This document shows positions 53,651 to 64,000 of a DNA stretch of 64,000 nucleotides, piece by piece. Each line of letters opens with the position of its first letter. Within the stretch, counting starts at the first letter, position 1. This DNA is from Octopus vulgaris (Eukaryota). The stretch covers positions 48,546,001 to 48,610,000 of the forward strand of contig OX597815.1 in the NCBI GenBank assembly GCA_951406725.2, read 5' to 3'. The notes beneath the pieces were generated by a model. That model worked only from the letters and a program-made list of their open reading frames with translations, was not told the DNA's origin and made no database searches. The position numbers and the translations under genes were made by a program.

Positions 53651-53865
53651 ATTTCTATCATTATATATATACATACATACATATATATATAAACAATGGC
53701 ACCATGGAAGATGTTTATAATCCATTTAAAAACACACAAAACTGTTAGTTTCACTTCAACATTTAAATTTCATTTGTGTCAAAATATTTTCATTGCTGTG
53801 ATACCACGACCTGTTCATTGACAAAACTTTATGCTGCATCTGAGAAAGTAACAGTTAGTTCATGA

Positions 53866-54170
53866 TGTATGTATGTATGTATGTATGTATGTATGTATGT
53901 ATGTATGTATGTATGTATGCATGCATGCATGCATGTATGTATGTATGTATTATGTATGTATGTATGTATGTATTATGTATGTATGTATGCATGTATGTAT
54001 GTATGTATGTATGTATTATGTATGTATGTATGTATGCATGTATGTATGTATGTATGTATAAATAGCATGTATGTATGTATGTATGTATGTATGTATGCAT
54101 GTATGCATGTATGTATGTATGTATGTATGTATGTATGTATGTATGTATGTATGTATGTATGGATGGATGG
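53866..54170. repeat. (TATG)n microsatellite
   Basis: Direct observation. Confidence 0.95.
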
Positions 54171-54754
54171 ATATGTATACATGCATATATGCATATATGC
54201 ATGCATTTATTTATATATGTATGCCAATAAATTAAGTATCAGTGAAACACTAGGGTCGATGTAATTGACTTCTCCCCTCCCACCAAAATATCAGGCCTTG
54301 TGCCTATAGTAGAAAGGATTATTATTATTATATGCACACACACACATATCCTCTCTCTCTCTCTCAACTGAACCATCCCAAAAAATTATAATTAAAAAGC
54401 TATTGAGGAATATATCTCTAAAGCTCTCTTCTTTATTTTCCAATGAGAGGACACTCAATGAAACAGCAACACCATATAATGAAACTCTGAATAACAGCTG
54501 TTACATAGAAAAAGTACATAATACATTTATATATATTATACTTTTGGTTGTACTTCACTTGATGAAGCACCTACAGACAGCTATTGTTGAGTAACATTCA
54601 AGCACATAGTAATTATTAAAAGTAACCTGACATAATGCTATATGAATATGACCTGGCAACCTAAAGTTGATGTGGAGTGCAGAAGCCTATGTTATGATCA
54701 ACTACGAAAGTCTATTAACTTCCATCCTCATGCTTTATTATCATTATAATAAAA

Positions 54755-55110
54755 GTGGTGAGCTGGCAGAACCATTAACACACTGGGTGAAATGCTTAGC
54801 AGTATTTCGTCTGTCCTTACAGTCTGAGTTCACATTCTGCTGAGGTCAACTTTGCCTTTCATCCTTTCGGGGTTGATAAATTAAGTACCAGTTGATGTTA
54901 TCAATTGTCTCCCTCCTTGCAGAATCTGGGCCTTGTGCTTATTGTAGAAAGGATTATTATTATTATTATAAAGGTGGTGAGCTGGCAGAATCATTAGCAT
55001 TCTGGACAAAATGCTTAGTGTCATTTCGTCTGTCTTCATGTTCTGGTTTCAAATTCTGCTGAGGTCAACTTTGCCTTTCATCCTTTCAGGGTCAATAAAT
55101 TAAGTATCAG
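54755..55110 (+). mobile_element. Two tandem SINE family B copies separated by an (ATT)n tail
   Basis: GTGGTGAGCTGGCAGAA heads at about 54755 and 54974. Confidence 0.8.
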
Positions 55111-57254
55111 TGTTAAATGCTGATAAAGTGGTATAATAAACAATGAGTGAATGTGAAGGTCTTAAAGGACTAAGTCAATCTAGATTTGGGGTAAAGTTAC
55201 TAGTGTTGCAATATATATAATAATGATAACAATAAAAAGAGAAAATTGAACCTAAAAAGAAAGATTAAATTAAAATATTTGAGGGATGCAGACATGAACA
55301 TTAACTTGGGAAAATGTTTGTCCAAGAACAAGATATATATATATATTTTTTTGGTACTCTGTTTCAAAAATTTTTTAAAGAAGTGTGTGGGATTCTCCAG
55401 ATTGACCTTGGGTTTATAAGATATTAAATATTTTTCCCTGCCTTAGTAAGAGTCAAAGTACTATTTTGAAATTAGTATTTTGCTAAGTTTTTATGGTTGA
55501 TAGTTGCCAAAATATTCTAAAATGATCAAATTATTTGCAAATTTGCACAAGAAAAATGTTAAATTTGTTTGGACAAATATTTAGCAAAAAGCATTTGATA
55601 ATTAAAAAAGTGCTCATGCAGAATATACTGCTAACTACGCATCACATTGACAACTGATGCTGGTGAGCAGTCCATAACCAAAAATTTTCTTGCAGGTGGC
55701 TAGTTCAAATTATGTTGATGATAATTTCAAATGCTAGATAGAAAATGGTGTGTTATGTCTTGATAGCCAAGCTTCAGAAATTCTGTGTGATCCAGCACTG
55801 AGCTAGTAGCACAACTGGGGTACAATTCATCCCAGGTACTGTTTTTTTTATCAAAGTAGCACCTTTGGGTCTACTGGATAAGCCTGTATGGGTTTATATT
55901 CTTGAATGGGTGGGAACAGCAAACTCAAGGGTTGCCCCATGTAGCACACACCCTAACTGTGCCACTACATTGAGCAGAAACATTTCCAGATAAACAAAAA
56001 CAGAAAAAAAACCCAAGAAAAATGAGGTAACTTCTACAATGCCAAGAGACCTTATAAGCAGGTCAATTATGAATTAACCTTGGAAAATGGCATGCTTTGC
56101 AACTGTAAGCATTTTGTGCTGCCTTAAAGTAACCAGGAGGCAAACCATTCAAAGATTTTATACTTTTTTCTTTTTATTTATTTATCTATTTATTTATTTA
56201 TTTATATATTTATTTATTGGTAGGGAGAATAAATAATTCTGTGTTTGGGAGTCACTGGTCCGAAGAAATTTATAAATCTGATATTTAAGAAACTGATAAA
56301 CACATCCACTTCATGTAAAGACAAATGAAATGCCACTAAGCATTTTGTCGGGTTTGTTAACGATTCTGCCAGTTTGCCACCTTGAAAGAGAAAGTCAACC
56401 TCAGTGGAATTTGAACTCAGAATGTAAAGACAAACGAAATGCTGCTATGAATATCATCCAGTGTGGCAATGAATCTTCCTGCTTACTGCCTTACCCATCG
56501 TCAAAATAAAATAGTAAAAATCCACTTCATCACCTTTGCTTTATTACTTCAAAAGAGGAAAAACTGTGACACTGTATACAAAAGCATCCATTGATTCCTT
56601 CTTCCTGATTCTCTCTTTGGTAAAGTTATATCCATCAGTGTTTCTTTTTTTTTTATATTTGTATATATATATTTTCTATTCTCTTACTGGTTTTAGACAT
56701 TCAAAGGTTTTACTGGGTTATATTTGCATCAGTCTTTTGTCATATATTTATGTATATATTCTCAACTTCAGAGAAACAGGAAAACTAAAGTCGACCAGTT
56801 GCAAAAGGGAAGCAACTGAGACAGATTGAAATATGCAAATTATTTTCATTCAATGCCTCAATATTTTCTTTTGGTCTTTTCCTGGTATGAAATACACTTC
56901 AAGGTCTGGATTAAGCAAAATAAGGCATATGCTTGAAAGTACCAAAATGGGGGAGCCATTGAGATAATGGATATATCAAGGTGCAAGTGATACAGCTGAA
57001 TCAGAGACCTATAAAAAGGGTCTCACAATACAGACAAAGTATACATACATACCTGATTGACGTGTTGATATTTTGTCAGCCTTATAATTTAAGGTCGAAG
57101 GAAGATAACATTTTTACTTTTTACATTTTAGTTTTTACTTTTTTGTTTTATATTTTCCATTTTTTAAAACTTCTGCATTTTCTATATGCTTCCTTCTCAG
57201 CTTTTCACGTTTCTTCGCATATTCAGTATTTTAGTTCGTAATGGTATGTGGCTT

Positions 57255-57309
57255 GTGCCTGATGATTATGTTTGAGGTATTTCTCAGCATATGAAACTAT
57301 TAGTGGCAC
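57255..57309 (+). ncRNA. Hammerhead-like motif with non-cleavable GUG site
   Basis: gtgc CTGATGA ttatgtttgag gtattt ctcagcatat GAAA ctattag TG gcac. Confidence 0.55.
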
Positions 57310-57998
57310 TCAAAGACATGTATTGTGTCCTTTAAATAATATTATCTCTCACCAGATGGAGTACATTTTTGGTGATTTTTCTATCATGGAGCAGTACATT
57401 ACACACACACACACACACACACAATTTCCAACACAATATTATTGTTTCTGATTTAGGCATAAAGTTAGAAGTTTTGAGGGAAGAGAATTAGTTAATGCTA
57501 TTAACCCCAGTATCTGACTGGCACTTCATTTTATCAAATCTGCAGGGATGAAAGGCGAAGGTGATCTTGTTGCAAATTGAAGCCAAAACATAAAGAGCTG
57601 GAAGGAATAGAAAGAACACAAAGCATTTTGTCTGATACTCTAATGATTCCACCAGCTCCCTACAATTTTTTGATAATCTAGTAATAACAATTGTTTCAGA
57701 TTTTGGCACAAGGTTTGGTATTTTAGGGAGAAGGGAGTAGTCAATTACTTCACTATTTGACTGGTACTTTGTTTCATTGACCCTTAAAGAATGAAAGGCA
57801 AAGTTGACCCCAGCATAATTTGGTCTCAGAGTGTGTAAAGTTGGAGCAAATACCACAGTCAAATGATTGAAACAATTAAAAAGAATAAAAGAATATGTAC
57901 TATTCAAAAAGATTTTGAGTAATTCTTCAGTTTAATGGTAAATTGTTTTTAGTATTGCTCAACAAAGAAACAAACATTAATATTTTCATATATATATA

Positions 57999-58084
<86 letters not shown>

Positions 58085-58085
<1 letters not shown>

Positions 58086-58235
58086 GGAGTGGTTGGCGTT
58101 AGGAAGGGCATCCAGCTGTAGAAACATTGCCAGATAAGACCGGAGCCTGGTGCAGCCTTCTGGCTTCCCAGATCCCCGGTCAAACCGTCCAACCCATGCT
58201 AGCATGGGGAATGGACGTTAAACGATGATGATGAT
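58085..58235 (+). mobile_element. SINE family D 3' fragment within (TA)n
   Basis: Match to 10742-10885. Confidence 0.8.
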
Positions 58236-58270
58236 ATATATATATTCATGTATGTGTGTATATATATGTG

Positions 58271-58316
<46 letters not shown>

Positions 58317-58337
58317 TGTTCATACATATATATATAT

Positions 58338-58536
58338 ACGGTAGTATCTCGGTTTTCAAACACCTCTGATCATAAATAAATCATGCTTTATATATATATA
58401 TATAACGCACAATTTATTCATGATCAGATGTGTTCATAAACTGAGGTACTATCGAATTAAATGAATATGAGAAAGACAGGAGATAAAGCACGATTTATTC
58501 ATGGTCAGAGTTGTTTGAAAACTGAGGTACTACTGC
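58338..58536. mobile_element. Tigger/pogo-like MITE with one left and two right arms
   Basis: CGGTAGTATCTCGGTTTTCAAACA...GCTTTA is inverted at about 58403-58455 and 58485-58536. Confidence 0.7.
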
Positions 58537-58756
58537 ATATGTTTATATATATACACATGCACACACACACACACACACACACATGTATATGTATTTATTT
58601 ACATGTATGTGTGTGTGTGCATGCATGTGTGTAGGTATATTTGATAGACTCAAACATTTTACTCCATCTAGAAGCTAGTACAAAACCTCAGAATCACCTG
58701 ATTGTGAAGTAAACATCTTAAGCACACAGATAGGCCTCTGCCTGAAAAATTTACTG

Positions 58757-58813
58757 TTTCCACAACAGGAATTGAACCCAGGCTACCTGGATAAAAGCCA
58801 GATATCCTTACCA
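58757..58813 (-). pseudogene. tRNA-Glu-like pseudogene or SINE head (partial)
   Basis: Reverse complement TGGTAAGGATATCTGGCTTTTATCCAGGTAGCCTGGGTTCAATTCCTGTTGTGGAAA resembles eukaryotic tRNA-Glu(TTC); 5' acceptor strand missing, anticodon altered. Confidence 0.55.
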
Positions 58814-59889
58814 ATATCTAAACTAGATTTTAATAACATCAACATTCAATATGCATGTAAATGCATTCACGACTTATATGCACAAATACATTATGACATC
58901 TTAAATATACTTAAGAATACTATTCTTCATTATTCTTTGTTTTAATGATTTATAAACATATTACCTTAGTTGAGATTTCTGAAATACTAAAAGAATATTC
59001 CAGGCAACTGGAGCTTAATCAATTCTCTCGAGGCATAGATTCTCGTCTGAAGTCAATAAAATCAATAACATGCAAATCTGTCATCAACTTTGTAAAATGT
59101 GACTTTAAACAAAAACCAAGGTCAATAGAACATGCTTTTGTTATCAAAGCATATTTGACCTTTTATCCTACCTAGACGGTTCTGTAGTAGAAAGAGTAAG
59201 GGAAGAATAACAGGAGTGATAGAGATTGAGAGTCACTACAAAAATATACCATGGCCTATGATCATAGTTGTTATTTAATCCCAGATATTCTTTCTGACTG
59301 AGCAGATCTTTGAATAAATTAAACCAGCTATGACCAACTCAACTTTGTTGACGTCTATGATTTTTTTCTAATGTGTTGTCTCCTTCAAAACACTTGGATT
59401 TGATCTGAAGGAGATCTGACAGTTATTTCTAGTTACCACATCCCTGTAGAACCTGATACTGGTATGAAGAAAAAGTGATTGATGAAGATGATTTTAATAT
59501 TGAGCAAGAGAACCAGATACATGGAAGTAATTTCCTGCCAAAAGCCAGTTCAAAACAGTCAAAAGGAAAATGAGGAATAGGTTGGAATTGGTTGAAGACT
59601 TCAGGTGGCAAATATTTATCTGGAAAAGGGAAATATCAAACAACTCCAGATACTTTATCCATCCATTTTGCATTTTCAAGATTTGGAGTTAATGGTCTAC
59701 AAGGCACCACTTTTTTGCGAACATAACTAATTTTCTGTTGGCCAAGTTGGAATAATATGAAATGAAGTACCTTAATCAAAGCTGCAGTGTGCTGTCTGAT
59801 CTAGGAATCGAACACATGACCTTACAATCGTGAGTCATTCAATATTATTATTAGGTTAGGATGTGGGATGGCTTCACAATCGTAACATA

Positions 59890-60909
59890 CCCTAAAAACC
59901 CATGTAATTTACGCATATTTTTCTGCAAAAATAAAAATAAACTTTAGGAGTGTGTAAATTTACACGAGAAGATTGTTTCCAGAATATTTTTAGAAATTTT
60001 TTTGTTGAAAGAGACGTACAAAATGTAAACATTTGTATCGGAAGTTGACACATTTAGTGTCAGAATAGGTTTTTACAGAAAAGTAAGAGCTTAAATATAA
60101 TGTGCAGTGAATCCACGACTACATTGATTTAACAGACAAGCTTCATTCTAAGACACCTGAGTTTGATTTTAGGGTGATTCAGCTGATATTTATGCTGGAC
60201 GGTATACTTTTTTTAAATGGTTAACTACTATTTGAAGTCTGATGTCCATGCTGGTAATCACTGTCTGGGTCATCTTCTACTATAATAATACCCTTGTGTT
60301 TTTCTCCATCACAGCATATGAATGAGAAATGAAAGGGTGATAGATGAATAATCAAGGAAAGGGTGATGGCAAACTGGTAGTGGGAGTGTTTCAACTCTGT
60401 GTGAGTATATATGGGTATGTGTATGTGTGTGTGTACAAGGGAAGAATGTGAATGCTTGTATGAGTGAACTAGCGTTCTTTCAGTAACAAACGATGATCGA
60501 TGTCACATCCTAAAAGACAACCACTAGATAACATTGACAAATGTATTAATATGATTTGCAATCCATATTTATATATAAAATACTACAATTAGTTGTTTTT
60601 GATGGCACAGGGCCAGCTAGTATTATTATAAAAAACACAAGCACTTTGTAATTTAATAGCTTTTAATGTGATACCTGTTAAACAGAAATTATTTTTATGT
60701 AAAGAAAATATTATAAAATCTAATCCTAAGTAAGTGAAATTATACTGAATGCAACTAAATTGAAAACTTTTTTCCCCTGAACATGTTGGCAATTCTGAAA
60801 ACTTTTGGGTGCAAATTTTACATGAGTAGTAGCTTTTTTTTAACAATTTTTATCCTGAAAATCATCTGCATATATTACTCAGGTGTGCAAATTACATGGG
60901 TTTTTACAG
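59890..60909. mobile_element. Non-autonomous Tc2/pogo-like DNA element
   Basis: TA-CCCTAAAAACCCATGTAATTTACGCA ... TGTGCAAATTACATGGGTTTTTACAG-TA; subterminal GTGYAAATT(T)TACAYGAG motifs. Confidence 0.75.
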
Positions 60910-61159
60910 TATATTATATTACACAATAGCGAGTTAGAAACCTTTAAGGAAATTTGCCCAAGAGTTTAAGACTCATTGGTTACCCTCGTCTTGGTTTAGC
61001 TGACCCAGTAATGCTGTTGCTCAGGATGTGATACATTACATCATGTAGAGAATTCCTGAAACTACAGGAGAGAACTAGATGCTAGGTAGGAGCTAATGGA
61101 AGACAGGTTGCCCTGAAATGAGATTCAAAGTACTATCCTTCTTTAACAGCCTATATCTT

Positions 61160-61370
61160 ATATACAGTTCAAATGTATAGAAAACATAAGACAGAGACAC
61201 AAGTTGAGAGAGCACAAGCAGGTGTATGAGTTTGATGTTTAAGAAAAATTTAAAAAGTCCTTGACATTTTGAGCCTATGCTCTTCAACAGAAAGGAACGA
61301 GAGGGAAAAATGGAGAGAGAGAGAGGAAAAAAAAAAACCTATAGGAAATATAGAGCCTAATAACACTACA
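61160..61370 (-). mobile_element. Second copy of the 28146 family with hammerhead-like motif at 61259-61294
   Basis: Reverse complement: cttt CTGTTGA agagc atag gctc aAAA tg TC aagg. Confidence 0.55.
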
Positions 61371-62889
61371 CTATGGTACAGCACGTAATATTAATTATAG
61401 TGGACAATTAATTCTCCAATATTCGAAGACTGTTCATACCTCAATATATTTTGATTTGTGTACAATAACAATAACAACAGCAACAACGTCTACAACTCTT
61501 ACAATTGCAACTTAGAATGAAAAGATATAAGTAGTAGATGATTAGATGTGGTCATTATAATATACAAAGTTTATCTATATGGGCAATCTCTTGAGAAGTG
61601 GGCTGCATGAGACATGGCTCATCAGCAAGCAGGCCACACAACTAAAATAATTCAAGGTAATTTTTTTATTGGTGGGTTGCAGTTCACCCATGATTGAGAT
61701 AAGCTATACATGTTACAGGTCACACAACATACTAGAAATAGCAGCTAAATTTGTCTCCTAATATAACTTTAAAGTCATTAAAAAAGAAATGAGCCCTAAA
61801 AACATAAAAATAACAGGTTGTTCATGATTGGAATGTCATTAACCATGCAACTATTTGATCAAGATTGACTTGGAGATTAAAAAGACAGCAGCTACTAAAA
61901 CATGAAACATTGTAAGGGAAGGAAGAATTCTTAAATGTAGCAATTGTTGCTGGTGTTGCTTTGCTTCCAGTCAGCTCTGATTGAGCAAATCAAAAATCAA
62001 GATTATTCTAGTCATAACTGTTTTATCTTTCTCCTATGTACAGTGAATCCATGACTACATTAATCTAACAGACAAGCTTCATTTTAAGACAACTGAGTTT
62101 GATTTTAGGGTGATTCAGCTGATATTTCTAGCAGGTCAAGCGACTACTTAGAAACTCTCTGGTTGCTTAAAGATCAGATTGAGATTTCAGTAGGGTATTC
62201 TTCAGAACTAACACACAATTTATCTTGAACATTTAGCACCACAGTAGGTGGGTTAGGATAAATGCAAAACAAAAAAAAAGTATTTTTAAGATAACCATGT
62301 TATTAATTTATTTCATATTTAAGGCGCCAAGGATTCAAAAGTGAGAGAGGGAAGGAGAAAGAGAGAGAGAAATTCACATATGATGAACTGATTTTTAAGT
62401 TTTTATTCATTTGGTCAAAGGAAGATGCACAGTACCCATGACCTTTCCAGACTATTGAGATCGATTCTATTGATGTTTTGATAAAATATCCATAGGTCAA
62501 TATCCACTGAGAAAACGTGGGTGGGGAGAGAATCATCTCTGTACAGAAATGTTTGTGAGAGGAAAAAGTTTTAATGTAAGTGTTTGATGAGCTCAGATGC
62601 AGCAGAATCCAGGATGGGTATTGTATTATTACTGTTGTTTAACCCAAGGTTAACTCTGATCAAGCAGACCCATAATCGGAAGCATTGTAGAAATAACCAC
62701 CAGTCTTGTTTTCTTAGAGGTATATCAAGAATTTGATTATCTAATAAGCATTTTCTTTTTATTTTATTTTATTTTCTAAAGATGATGTGAGGAAAGTTTC
62801 GTTACTCTTAGAAGATGAAATGATTGCATTAAATGAGGTTGGGTTAATGTCACAGCTTGCTAGTTCAGAAGAACAGAGACTGCAATCCT

Positions 62890-63805
62890 TCTTCTGAAGA
62901 GGTTCCAGGCCATCCATGATGTCCATACTCGTCCTTCTCAGGGCGGCTTCCATCCCGGGAGAGGGTGCATTGATCAAATCTTTAGTCTCCAGCGAGTCCT
63001 GGAACAGCGGTGGGTGCACCAACAACCTACCGTTCTCTGCTCCATCGATTTTGTGGCTGCCTTCAACTCAGTGGATCGGGAGGCCCTCTGGCATATTATG
63101 CAGGCAGACGGTATCCCTGTGAAGCTGCTAAACCTCATACAGGGCTACTATTGTTCAACGAGGGCTCGTGTGAGGGTCTATGGTGGGGAGACGGAGTAAT
63201 TTGATGTCACTACCGGTGTTTGACAGGGTTGTGTGCTCTTGCCAACCCTATTCAATTACACCATTGATTACATTTTCAACACTGTGCTTCGGGACTACCC
63301 GGGTGTAGAGGCTGGGAGAGAAGTCATGGTGATGGGCCTGGCCTATGCAGATGACATCGTGTTCTTGGGCTCTAACCAGGCAGATGTCCAAGATGCTCTC
63401 GAAAGGGTGCATGCGCCAGTGGCAACTGTTGGTCTTTGGATCAATGCTGGCAAAACCAAAGTAATGACGTTTCTGGTCGCAGCAGATGACTGGCAGCCAA
63501 TTGTTCTCAAGGGCATGGAGCTGGAGGATGTGGAGTCCTTCGTCTACTTGGGTTCAATGGTGGTTTCAATGGGCCAGGGCACAGCCGAGGTCGAGCGTCA
63601 CATAAGTGCTGCCAGATCTGCATTCGTGCGCCTCCAGCGGTGCCTGTGGGACAGAAGAGAGATCTCCTTGGTGACCAAAGGGTGAATCTACCAGGTCGTC
63701 GTTCATACTATCCTCCTCTATGGTTGTGAAACATAGCTCATGAGGGTAGTCGATCAGTGAGGGCTGGAGGTGTTCGACAATGACTGTCTCCGAGTATTTC
63801 TGTCT
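62890..63805 (+). pseudogene. RTE-clade LINE reverse transcriptase fragment
   Basis: QGGFHPGRGCIDQIFSL, IDFVAAFNSVDREALW, GV*QGCVLLPTLFN, LAYADDIV, INAGKTKVM, VESFVYLGS, LLYGCET*; several stops. Confidence 0.9.
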
Positions 63806-64000
63806 ACAAGTATTTCCTGACAAATGCACATCCTCTCCTCCAACTAATAAAAACTGCATTTCAAAGAATAACTTTCCTCCTCAGAACTAGTTGATAATTC
63901 AGTCTCTCAAAACTACTCACCCTTAACTAGACTCAGGTGAGATCCATGATGGAATGCATTTGAGATGGTCCTTCTGCTACACATGCAGAAGTCATTAGTA

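Noticed and set aside
54433-54470. CAATGA...GAAAC hammerhead-like string
   Set aside because: Core and stems too degenerate.
55160-55420. Imperfect inverted repeats, Kolobok-like
   Set aside because: Arms too diverged and no clean TTAA duplication.
59430-59680. Acidic, coding-like stretch (possible piggyBac N-terminus)
   Set aside because: No sustained frame or diagnostic motif.

Overview
AT-rich, repeat-saturated eukaryotic non-coding DNA (intronic or intergenic). The SINE families and microsatellite load suggest an Octopus (cephalopod) genome; this is an inference from recognised repeats. No host protein-coding gene can be supported. The only long ORF (8034-9992) is a 5'-truncated non-LTR retrotransposon with reverse transcriptase, CCHC zinc knuckle and restriction-like endonuclease (Dong/R4-like) inserted in (TAA)n; two more 3' fragments of related but distinct families also abut trinucleotide repeats. 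The rest is tRNA-derived SINEs (some nested), decayed mariner, Tigger-like, hAT, RTE, Tx1 and Penelope fragments, piggyBac/hAT/pogo MITEs, Helitron/Helentron-type elements and microsatellites. The most interesting hidden signal is a set of about eight minimal type I hammerhead-ribozyme motifs from several short families. These include one inside a 361-bp head-to-tail repeat (retrozyme-like, 34494-35027) and one with an intact core closed by a 31-bp stem I that resembles a MITE (53259-53371). All calls are by eye; boundaries are approximate unless stated.
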